From: an uncultured Anaerolineae bacterium
GTDB lineage: Bacteria; Chloroflexota; Anaerolineae; JAFGEY01
Length of the DNA: 64,000 nt
NCBI GenBank assembly: GCA_964449465.1
Contig: CAYVBK010000012.1
Location: 26,552 to 90,551, forward strand
Reading direction: 5' to 3'
Below are positions 46,265 to 54,883 of this stretch, in pieces. Under the pieces are notes generated by a model. It saw nothing but the letters and a program-made list of their open reading frames with translations, did no database searches and was not told the origin of the DNA. The first letter of the stretch is position 1. The number at the start of each line of letters is the position of its first letter. Both the position numbers and the translations under genes were made by a program.

Positions 46265-47887
46265 TCACATCCCCCACACCGTGATGGGCACCCCGCGATG
46301 CTGCTCCTGGCGGCAGAACAGCCTGTCTTCCCACGTTTTGCCCGGCCGCCGATCAAAGATCACCAGATGTCCCTCGTCGGCCCCGCAGCGATCCATATAC
46401 TGCCAGGTTTGCTCCAACCCTTGCGCAATGGTCTCCTCGACCGACTTGTAGACCAGTTTGAGTTTCAGAACGATGCGTTGTGTTCGGCCAGACGCCAGCG
46501 ATTGGCCGAACGCCGGCCACACCACCAGCAGGTCGGTGCGCATACGCCCCAGACCGTACTCGCGATCCACCCGCCCCCCGCCGTTGACCACCCGCTGCAA
46601 AAAGGCTTGCAACAAAAGCTGTGGCCCGGCCTCTTGATAGTCGAACCGCTCCACCCAATGCTCTGAATGTTCGCGAAAGAACTGCTGAAAGGCTTCCATC
46701 AGTTTGGGCATGTCCAGCCGGCCGTCGGCACGGATGTACCAGATGGGTTGGAACATACTGCCCAGATTCAGTTGGGTCACATAGGTCAGTTCGCGCGGAA
46801 TGACCTCCTGATAGATGGGATTGGCAATCTCTAGCGTGCCACCCGTCTGCTGAATCAATCCCAGGTCTATGACATATTGGATGTTGTCCTGACTCACCTG
46901 ACCGCTCATATCTTGACCGCGCAACATCGGCTCAATCACCCGCCGCACACGCTCTTCTTTGAGCTTGTCAACCAACTGGTCCAGATGCGTCTCGCGACGT
47001 TCGATCAGCCGCTCTTTGGCCGCAATGATCATCTCGGCAGTGATCGTCGCCGAATGGTTGATGCGATTCCAGCCATCGCGCTCACCGGGCATGCGAAAGC
47101 AAACCTCGTAGGCCAGCGCATTGACCAGCCATGGCTGCCCGCGAGTCAGTTCCCAGGCCAACGACAGCGCATCCGCCTCAAAGTGCTGCCCGGTCTCCCC
47201 GGTATGCTGAAGGTACAACCGGCGCGTCTCGGCCTCGGAAAAATTGCCCAGGCGCAAAGACTCGGCCTTGATGTTGAACGCGCTGCCGCCGGTGATGATG
47301 GTCTTGTCTTGCGCTGAATGGATGCGATAGTCGCGCACATCGCGCACCCCGCACAACACCACGCTCTGCGGAAAAAGAGCCGGTCGCCTGGTATAACCTG
47401 CGCGCAGTTGGCGCAACACGGCAATCAAGGTGTCGCCTATCAGCGAGTCAATCTCGTCCAGCAAAATCACCAATGGAAGCGCGAACTGCTCGGCCCACAG
47501 CGTCAGCACATACCCCAAAGCAGCGCCCCCCGCTTCATCCAGCGCGCGCTGCCAGATACTCTGCGGGTACAGATCGTCCAGGTAGATCCGTGCTGCTGAG
47601 ATCAGTTCGCCCAAAATAGCTTGCATGGCCTGCTCGACATTTTCTCTGGCATATTGCCCCACTTTCACATTGACATACAGGCAACGATAGCGCCCATCCT
47701 GGTTCAAATGCGCCATCAGGGCCAGCAGACAACTGGTCTTGCCGGTCTGGCGAGGAGCGTGCAAGACAAAGTATTTCTTTTGTTCGATCAGCCTCAGAAT
47801 TTGATCCAAATCAAAGCGCAGCAGCGGCGGCAGACAGTAATGATCCTGACAGTTGACCGGCCCAGCAGTGTTGAAAAAACGCGCCAT
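46265..47887 (-). CDS. AAA-like P-loop ATPase with C-terminal PD-(D/E)xK-like domain
   Basis: Start ATG 47887 (MARFFNTAGP). LHAPRQTGKTS, VILLDEIDSL, TRGQPWLVN, then REYGLGRMRTDLL..IVLKLK..GLEQTWQY. Confidence 0.82.
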   Translation of the reverse strand: MARFFNTAGPVNCQDHYCLPPLLRFDLDQILRLIEQKKYFVLHAPRQTGKTSCLLALMAHLNQDGRYRCLYVNVKVGQYARENVEQAMQAILGELISAARIYLDDLYPQSIWQRALDEAGGAALGYVLTLWAEQFALPLVILLDEIDSLIGDTLIAVLRQLRAGYTRRPALFPQSVVLCGVRDVRDYRIHSAQDKTIITGGSAFNIKAESLRLGNFSEAETRRLYLQHTGETGQHFEADALSLAWELTRGQPWLVNALAYEVCFRMPGERDGWNRINHSATITAEMIIAAKERLIERRETHLDQLVDKLKEERVRRVIEPMLRGQDMSGQVSQDNIQYVIDLGLIQQTGGTLEIANPIYQEVIPRELTYVTQLNLGSMFQPIWYIRADGRLDMPKLMEAFQQFFREHSEHWVERFDYQEAGPQLLLQAFLQRVVNGGGRVDREYGLGRMRTDLLVVWPAFGQSLASGRTQRIVLKLKLVYKSVEETIAQGLEQTWQYMDRCGADEGHLVIFDRRPGKTWEDRLFCRQEQHRGVPITVWGM

Positions 47888-47984
47888 GCTCATTCCTCTT
47901 GGTGGCAACCCAATCCGCACTGCACCCATTATACAGTCAAGTGGGGCAAAACCCAAGCCGTTGGAGAAAAAAGGAGGGGTGTTT

Positions 47985-48008
47985 GTTGGTTTCGACAGGC
48001 CCGACCAA
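47985..48008. repeat. REP-like element, degenerate copy 4
   Basis: GTTGGTTTCGACAGGCCCGACCAA. Confidence 0.6.
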
Positions 48009-48128
48009 AAGCCGTGGGCAAACCGGCCAGGTTTTTCCCCAGAGAGATGTGTGGTACAATAGCCCTTTGGATTGTCGCAATAACCCGATCAGAGGTCGGT
48101 AAAGATGAAAATGAAAAGTGAGGATACA

Positions 48129-49367
48129 ATGCGCTCTAGATCGTTCACGCTGATCTGTTGTCTGATGATCGGTCTGATGTCGGGTGCAGGATGCGTTAGC
48201 CGCACGCCTACACCCGAACCCATCACCATCTCGTTTGTCTGCGCCGAACAGCAAGAGGCCTTTTTTCAGCCTTTGGTCGAGACATTTCGCCAGACACATC
48301 GCCACATTCAGATCGAGTTTGTGCGCCCGGAACGCTTTGGACCGGCCCGCGCCGATGTACTGTCGGTATCGCCGTTTATGCGCCGCTTTGCACAGGGGCA
48401 ACTAGACACCATAGACCTGTCGTCCTTTATCGCCCAGGATACGTCGTTCGACCTGGCCGATTTGTACCCCCAGGCGTTGGACATGTTCAGCCAGACCTGG
48501 ATCACTCAGGAGAACAGAGTCGAGATTTGGGCTGCACCATTGATGATGGATGCGATGGTGATGTATTACAACAAGGACCTGTTCGACCGTTATGGGGTGG
48601 CCTATCCGAAGCCCGACTGGACATGGGACGATTTTTTGCGCATCGGGCAAGCTCTGTATGATCCAGATGCGGGCGTCTTTGGCTATGTGCCTGATGTGAG
48701 CCTGGACGATCCGCTCAATTTTGTCTATCAGAACGACGGCGGCGTGTTTGATGACCCGCTCAACCCCACCCGCACGACATTTAACGACGAGCGCACCGTC
48801 GAGGCGCTGGACTGGTATGCCCGCTTGATGTACGAGTACAAGGCCGCGGCCTCGCCGCGCCAGGCGCGCCAGGCCTGGGGCATCGGCGGGTATACGCTGT
48901 TTGGGTTGGAGAAAAAGCGGCTGGGGATGTGGACCGGCATGCTCTCGGAGCGGGGACGGTGGTTTGAGCGCGAGAACTGGGATTTCAAATGGGGTATGGT
49001 ACCGCTGCCTCGCGGCGTCCGCTCGGCCACTACCGGCTATGTGCAGGGCTATGCCATCTCGGCGCAGGCGGCCAACCCCGAAGCCTGCTGGCAGTGGATC
49101 TCGTTTCTGTCGCGCCAGCCGTTTTACGGCGGCATTCCGGCGCGCCGTTCGCTGATCGCTTCAACAGCCTATCAAGACCAGGTCGGCCAGGATGTCGCCA
49201 TTGTCGCCCGCATGTCGGCCGAAAGCCTGATCATGTTTTCACCTGGATTGTTTAACCTTTACGATGCGCTGCGATTTTATGATCAGGCCGTCGAGTCCAT
49301 CGTCGAAGGCAGCGCCACCGCCCAAGAAGCGTTAAATCGAGCGCAGATGCAATCACGATTCCAGTAG
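48129..49367 (+). CDS. Carbohydrate-type ABC solute-binding lipoprotein (orphan)
   Basis: Signal peptide with lipobox GAGC. YYNKDLFD..GV.YP..DWTWDDF, WGMVPLP and CWQWISFL; no permease or ATPase adjacent. Confidence 0.87.
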   Translation: MRSRSFTLICCLMIGLMSGAGCVSRTPTPEPITISFVCAEQQEAFFQPLVETFRQTHRHIQIEFVRPERFGPARADVLSVSPFMRRFAQGQLDTIDLSSFIAQDTSFDLADLYPQALDMFSQTWITQENRVEIWAAPLMMDAMVMYYNKDLFDRYGVAYPKPDWTWDDFLRIGQALYDPDAGVFGYVPDVSLDDPLNFVYQNDGGVFDDPLNPTRTTFNDERTVEALDWYARLMYEYKAAASPRQARQAWGIGGYTLFGLEKKRLGMWTGMLSERGRWFERENWDFKWGMVPLPRGVRSATTGYVQGYAISAQAANPEACWQWISFLSRQPFYGGIPARRSLIASTAYQDQVGQDVAIVARMSAESLIMFSPGLFNLYDALRFYDQAVESIVEGSATAQEALNRAQMQSRFQ

Positions 49368-49385
49368 CCCGGCCGCGCTGAGCGG

Positions 49386-52300
49386 TCAGCCAGAAGCCTG
49401 GCGTTGCGCCAACGGCAGCAAGATGGTGCATATGCTGCCCTGCCCCACCTCGCTCTGAATGCTGATCTGGCCGTGATGTGCCTCGACGATGGTATAGCTG
49501 ATATACAACCCCAAGCCAGAGCCGTTCTCTTTGGTGGTGAAAAACGGCTCAAAGATGCGCGATAGGGTTTCGGGAGGCATGCCCACCCCCGAATCTTGAA
49601 AGGTAATGCGCACGGCCGGCAGCCATGTCGGGTCATCGCGCCCACGCATCTGGTCCATCGCCGTGGCAATGCGCAAAACGCCGCCATCGGGCATGGCATC
49701 GGCGGCGTTCAGGGCCAGGTTCAAAAAGACTTGCTTGAACTGGTCGGCGTTCAATTCCACTTCGGGCAGACCCAGATCCCAATCGCGTTCCAGAGTGATC
49801 TCGCGCTCTTGAAGCTGCTTGTCAATCAAATCTAGCACACTGCCCAATACGGCGTGCAGGTCTGTGGCGCGCACCCCCTGACGCGTCGGTCGGTAAAACT
49901 CGCGGGTGCGGCGCACGATGGCCGACATGCGCTCGACTTCTTCTTCCAAAATATCCAGATAATGATACAGCTTTTCATGACGCAGCCGACCGGCCAACTC
50001 TTCGCGGGTCAAGGTCAGGCAACCGCGCATGGCTTGCAGCGGATTGTTGATCTCGTGCGCAATCGAGGCCACTAACCGCCCCAAAGCCACCATCTTTTCG
50101 GTTTGAATGAGTTGAGCCTGCGTCTCTTCGCGTTCGCGCAAAGACTGCTTGAGTTCACGATAAAGGCGGGCATTTTCCAGAGCAATGGTCAATGTAGAGG
50201 CCAGAGTTTGCAGCATGTTCAGGTCTTTGGATTGATAGACTCCTACCTCGCTGCTAACGACCTCGATCACGCCAACCTGTCGTTCTGGCGTAGATAGTGG
50301 CACAGCCATCAAGGCGCGAGTTTGAAAAGAAATCTGCCGGTCTATGCGGGCCGAAAAACGTGCATCGGTCGAGGCATCGGCTGCCAAAACCGGCTCGCCG
50401 TGCGCCGCAACCCAACCGGCAATGCCCTCACCCAGCTCTAAACTGAGCGAGCCGTCGGCGGGCAGCGATTCGTTCAATGACCGCACAAAGTACAGCGCGC
50501 CGGTATGTGGATCGGGCTGCAAGAGCGACACATCATCGGCATGAAACAGTTCTTTGATCTGGAGCAAGGCATCCTGGACCACCCGGGCGTAATCCAGTTC
50601 CGAAGTCAAGGCCCGGCCAATTCGATACAGAGTCGCCAGTTCTTCGGTATAGGCATACAGCGCGGCGTAAAGTCGCGTGTTGACAATGACGGCAGCGACG
50701 GTAAAAGACACCGCTTCGAGCATGCGCCGATCCTCAAAAGTAAACCCTCCACGCCGCTTGTTGATCGCCTGAATGACTCCTACCACTTGGTCATGATGAA
50801 TCAACGGCGCGCCGATCAGCGACTCGATCCCCAGATGCATTTTTTCTCGTAAATCAAAGGAAAAACGCGCATCTTGATAGTCTATTTCATTCAAAACCAG
50901 AATCTGCCGCTGAGACATGACCCGGTTCGCCACATCGTCGGATGATAGAGCAGTTTGCTCAAATGACACATCGGATTCGTGGAGCAGCGATTGAGAGACG
51001 ACCAGCTTTTGACTTTCGGGGTTGTAAAGCAGCAAAAAGCCGCCTTGGGCATCCAAAGCCTGGCAGGTCAATTCCAATATCTGATGCAGCACCGTCTTGG
51101 AATCGAGCGAAGAAACGGCGGCCGTACCGATGGCGTTAAGCATTGCCAACCGCTCTGAACGCTCCTGACTGGCGCGGTACAGGCGAGCATTTTGAACAGC
51201 CTGGCTGACCCGGCCGGCAATGGCCTGGGCCAACGAGCGTTCGGGGTCGGCAAAAGGCAGGCTGTTGTGCTGCCGCCAAATCAACATCACGGCCGCCAGC
51301 TCGGTTTCGCTCCACATAGGCGCCAACAGCCCCGCCGCCCCCCACGATTGCACAAAGCGCGGACACTCTCCCCACTCACACATCTCATCGCTCGACAGCC
51401 AGATCGTTTGATGGCGGTTTGCCGAGCGGGTGACCAGTTGCAGATCGTCCATATCCTGCGGCGAGACGGCCAGATCGAGCCAGCCCTGGCTGGTGGTCAA
51501 CGTCGGCGTCAGGCCAGATTCCTGGCGCGCATACAGCAAGATCAACATGCCCAACGAAGGTTTGAGCGCATCGGTCATGTGTCGTAAAGCGATCTCGGCG
51601 ACCTGTTCTGGCACCAATGTGGTCGCCAGTTCGCGGTCCAACTCGTTGAGGATGCGCAACTGGTTCACCTGCCGGGCAGCCTGGTAGAGCTGAGCATTGC
51701 GCAGGGCCATCCCCACCTGTTGACCAATGGTATCCAGCAGTTTACGGTCGGCATCAGACAGAGACTCGGCGCGCGGCCAAGCCAGGTCCATCATCCCCAA
51801 CACGTGGCCGGCCGCGCGCAAGGGAATGCACACATAATCGTTCACCCGCACCTGATCGGCCAGCGACGGCGGCAGGCGCAGGCATTGAACGCCCGATTGT
51901 GACGAGGCCATCTCGATGCCCAATGCCAGAACGACCTGCTCTTGCACAAACGACAGCGGCACGCCGCGCCAGGCCACCATGCGGGGCAGGTCGGAAGGGG
52001 CATCGCCGGGCAGCAACACCCAACCGGCATTCGACTGCAAAACCGACAGCGTGACATCCAACGCAGTGGTCAACAAATCCTGGGGATCGAGCAGAGTGGC
52101 TGCCGCCGCCGTGATCGCATACAGCGCAGCCTGCTCATCGGCATAGCGGCGCAACGACTCGCCGGCGCGCTTGCGTTCGATGGCATATTGAATGGCGCGG
52201 GCCAGCAAATGCCCATCGAACTGATGCTTGATCAAATAATCTTGAGCGCCGGCGCGCATAATGCGGGCGGCCAGCGATTGATCGTCCAGACCGGTCAGCA

Positions 52301-52565
52301 TAATGATCGGCCACTGTGGGGCGCGGGCATAGACCCGTTCAAACGTCTCCTGACCACGGCTGTCGGGCAAAAACAGGTCCAGCAAGATCACATCTACCGG
52401 GTGCGCCGCCAGAAAAGCCAGACCATCGGCCAGCATCTTGACATGGGTGATGGCAAAATGCGGCGACAGAGCATCCTGGACCTCGACCTCACTCAACATC
52501 TCGATCAACAGGTCGGCGTCGGCCGGGTTGTCTTCGATCAACAAAATGCGCAAAGTTTCACGCAC
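49386..52565 (-). CDS. REC-4xGAF histidine kinase
   Basis: ILLIEDN..ILLDLFLPD receiver, four GAF-like units ending in NA(Q/R)LY or NTRLY, H-box IAHEINNPL, NLALNA, DSGVGM, PFFTTK and GSGLGL. Confidence 0.92.
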   Translation of the reverse strand: MRETLRILLIEDNPADADLLIEMLSEVEVQDALSPHFAITHVKMLADGLAFLAAHPVDVILLDLFLPDSRGQETFERVYARAPQWPIIMLTGLDDQSLAARIMRAGAQDYLIKHQFDGHLLARAIQYAIERKRAGESLRRYADEQAALYAITAAAATLLDPQDLLTTALDVTLSVLQSNAGWVLLPGDAPSDLPRMVAWRGVPLSFVQEQVVLALGIEMASSQSGVQCLRLPPSLADQVRVNDYVCIPLRAAGHVLGMMDLAWPRAESLSDADRKLLDTIGQQVGMALRNAQLYQAARQVNQLRILNELDRELATTLVPEQVAEIALRHMTDALKPSLGMLILLYARQESGLTPTLTTSQGWLDLAVSPQDMDDLQLVTRSANRHQTIWLSSDEMCEWGECPRFVQSWGAAGLLAPMWSETELAAVMLIWRQHNSLPFADPERSLAQAIAGRVSQAVQNARLYRASQERSERLAMLNAIGTAAVSSLDSKTVLHQILELTCQALDAQGGFLLLYNPESQKLVVSQSLLHESDVSFEQTALSSDDVANRVMSQRQILVLNEIDYQDARFSFDLREKMHLGIESLIGAPLIHHDQVVGVIQAINKRRGGFTFEDRRMLEAVSFTVAAVIVNTRLYAALYAYTEELATLYRIGRALTSELDYARVVQDALLQIKELFHADDVSLLQPDPHTGALYFVRSLNESLPADGSLSLELGEGIAGWVAAHGEPVLAADASTDARFSARIDRQISFQTRALMAVPLSTPERQVGVIEVVSSEVGVYQSKDLNMLQTLASTLTIALENARLYRELKQSLREREETQAQLIQTEKMVALGRLVASIAHEINNPLQAMRGCLTLTREELAGRLRHEKLYHYLDILEEEVERMSAIVRRTREFYRPTRQGVRATDLHAVLGSVLDLIDKQLQEREITLERDWDLGLPEVELNADQFKQVFLNLALNAADAMPDGGVLRIATAMDQMRGRDDPTWLPAVRITFQDSGVGMPPETLSRIFEPFFTTKENGSGLGLYISYTIVEAHHGQISIQSEVGQGSICTILLPLAQRQASG

Positions 52566-52573
52566 GAACTATT

Positions 52574-53023
52574 TTACTCCCAATTGAGCGGCAATGTGGC
52601 CACATCCAGCCAAAACGCCCACACCCCGGCCATCACCTCAAAAAACGAACTGGCGTCGGTGGGCTTGACCACATAACAGTTGGCTTGATGAGCATAGGAC
52701 TCGCCAATATCACACGCGTCGTCTGAGGTGGTGAGCATAATCACCGGAATGTGACACAGGTGAGAGTCGATCTTGATCTCGGCAAGAATCTGGATGCCGT
52801 CCTTTTTGGGCAGCTTGAGATCAAGCAAAATCAGAGCAGGACGGGGTACCTGATGATAAGGCCATTGACAACGCAAAAAAGACAGCGCATCTTCACCGCT
52901 GGAAACGACATGCAGGCGCACCTGCTGTTCTCGTTGATGCAGCGTCTCGCGCACCAGGTCAATGTTGCCCGGCTCATTTTCAACCAGCAACACATCCACA
53001 GGAAAAGATGTCCTATCGCTCAC
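52574..53023 (-). CDS. Single-domain response regulator (Rcp1-like)
   Basis: GTG start overlapping the upstream TGA (GTGA). LILLDLKLPKKDG, IPVIMLTTS and ANCYVVKP. Confidence 0.9.
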   Translation of the reverse strand: MSDRTSFPVDVLLVENEPGNIDLVRETLHQREQQVRLHVVSSGEDALSFLRCQWPYHQVPRPALILLDLKLPKKDGIQILAEIKIDSHLCHIPVIMLTTSDDACDIGESYAHQANCYVVKPTDASSFFEVMAGVWAFWLDVATLPLNWE

Positions 53024-54870
53024 TGATCTGGTCCTTTCAACGGCAGCGTCCAATAAAAAGTGGCGCCATGCCCCGGCTGCGAGACGGCCCAAATGCACCC
53101 GCCATGTCGTTCAATGATCTTTTTGCAAATGGGCAGGCCAATGCCAACTCCGGCATAGGCATCCGGCGGGTTGAGTCGCCGGAAAATCTCGAAAATCTGG
53201 GTGGCGAATTCAGGGTCAAAGCCAATGCCATTGTCGCGCACCCCAAAAAGCCAGTTTTGCTCCTGGCAAGAAACCGAAATGTGAATTTGTGGCGTTTGAG
53301 TGCAAAATTTGATGGCATTGCCGATCAGGTTTTGGAACACCTGCCCCAACTGAATCTTGTCGGCCATCACCACCGGCAGCGGATCGTGGGTGATGACTGC
53401 GCCGCTCTTTTGAATGGCAACCTGGAGGTCGTTTAGCACCAGGTCCAGCACAGCCTGACACTCGGTCGGCTCCAGGTCGTGGCCGCGCGTGCCAACCCGT
53501 GCGTAATCGAGCATGGCCCGGATCATGTTTTGCATGCGCTGCGCCCCGTCTACGGCATAGCCGATGTATTTATCGGCCTGGGCATCGAGCTGCCCCTTGT
53601 AGCGTTTTTCCAGTAAGGCCAGGTAACTGCTGACCATGCGCAGCGGCTCTTGCAGATCGTGCGAGACCACCGATGCAAATTGATCCAGTTCGGCGTTGGA
53701 ACGCTCCAATTCTTGAGCATAGTGCTTCATCAACTCTTCGGCCTGCTTGCGGGCGGTAATGTCTTCTTTGACGGCCACATAATGTGTGATGCGGCCATTG
53801 GCGTCGCGCACCGGTGAGATGGTGGCATTTTCCCAATACAATTCGCCGTTCTTTTTCTTGTTGAGCAACTCGCCCCGCCACACACCGCCCCCGCCGATCA
53901 CCTGCCACATCTCTTCATAAACCTGGTGAGACATCTGACCGGACTTGAGAATGCGGGGGTTTTGGCCGATGGCCTCCTGAGCCGTATAGCCGGTGATGTG
54001 CGTAAAAGCCGGGTTGACAAACTCGATGACGCCGTCCAGGTTGGTGATCACGATGGTGTTATCGCTCTGCTCCACCGCCCGCATCAGTTTGCGCAGCGAT
54101 TCATCGGCCAGGCGGTTTTGGGTCACATCGCGCGCCGCGCCATAGATGCGCGTCACCCGACCATCGGGCGAGTTGATCACCGGCTGAGCGTCCACATGTA
54201 GCCAGCGCACACTGCCATCACGAATCACCACACGCGTTTCGCCAGAAAAGGATTGACCTGCCAGGACACATCCGAGGTCTCGCAAGGACATTGCCATATC
54301 ATCAGGATGCACCAGACCGACCCAACCGCGCTCGCCGGCCTCGGCCGCTGTCACACCGGTGAGCCGCGTAAACGAGTCGGTGATCCACTCGTTGACCAGG
54401 CGACCATCCGGCTCGACACGAAAAGAGTAGGCAAAATCCGAAATCAATTCGGAAATGAGGCGGTAGCGGGTCTCGCTCTCGCGCAGCCTGCGCTCCTGGT
54501 CATGGACATACAGGGCGGTCTCTATGGTCACATACAAATCGCGTGTGCTAAACGGCTTGAGGATATAGCCAAACGGGGTTGTCTGTTTGGCCTGTTGCAC
54601 CACCGCCTCGCTGTCATAGGCCGTCACATAAATGATCGGCACATCCAACAAGGCCCGAATTTGCGCCGCCGCCTGGATGCCATCCACCTGATCTTCCAGG
54701 TTAATGTCCATCAGCACCACATCGGGGTGCAAATCCTGCACCGCCTGAATCGCCTCGGCAGCATTGTGCGCCACGGTCGGCACGGCATAGCCCAACGATT
54801 GCAGCTTGTGTCGGATATTTTCGGCAATCAAGATTTGGTCTTCAACTACCAGAATGTTTTTACCAGCCAT
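53020..54870 (-). CDS. REC-PAS-PAS histidine kinase (Cph1-like kinase core)
   Basis: LVVEDQ..VLMDINL receiver, two PAS domains (the second with GQNPRILKSG), SHDLQEPLR, NLIGNAIKF, DNGIG and GVGIGL. Confidence 0.93.
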   Translation of the reverse strand: MAGKNILVVEDQILIAENIRHKLQSLGYAVPTVAHNAAEAIQAVQDLHPDVVLMDINLEDQVDGIQAAAQIRALLDVPIIYVTAYDSEAVVQQAKQTTPFGYILKPFSTRDLYVTIETALYVHDQERRLRESETRYRLISELISDFAYSFRVEPDGRLVNEWITDSFTRLTGVTAAEAGERGWVGLVHPDDMAMSLRDLGCVLAGQSFSGETRVVIRDGSVRWLHVDAQPVINSPDGRVTRIYGAARDVTQNRLADESLRKLMRAVEQSDNTIVITNLDGVIEFVNPAFTHITGYTAQEAIGQNPRILKSGQMSHQVYEEMWQVIGGGGVWRGELLNKKKNGELYWENATISPVRDANGRITHYVAVKEDITARKQAEELMKHYAQELERSNAELDQFASVVSHDLQEPLRMVSSYLALLEKRYKGQLDAQADKYIGYAVDGAQRMQNMIRAMLDYARVGTRGHDLEPTECQAVLDLVLNDLQVAIQKSGAVITHDPLPVVMADKIQLGQVFQNLIGNAIKFCTQTPQIHISVSCQEQNWLFGVRDNGIGFDPEFATQIFEIFRRLNPPDAYAGVGIGLPICKKIIERHGGCIWAVSQPGHGATFYWTLPLKGPDQ

Positions 54871-54883
54871 GCAATCACCTTTA

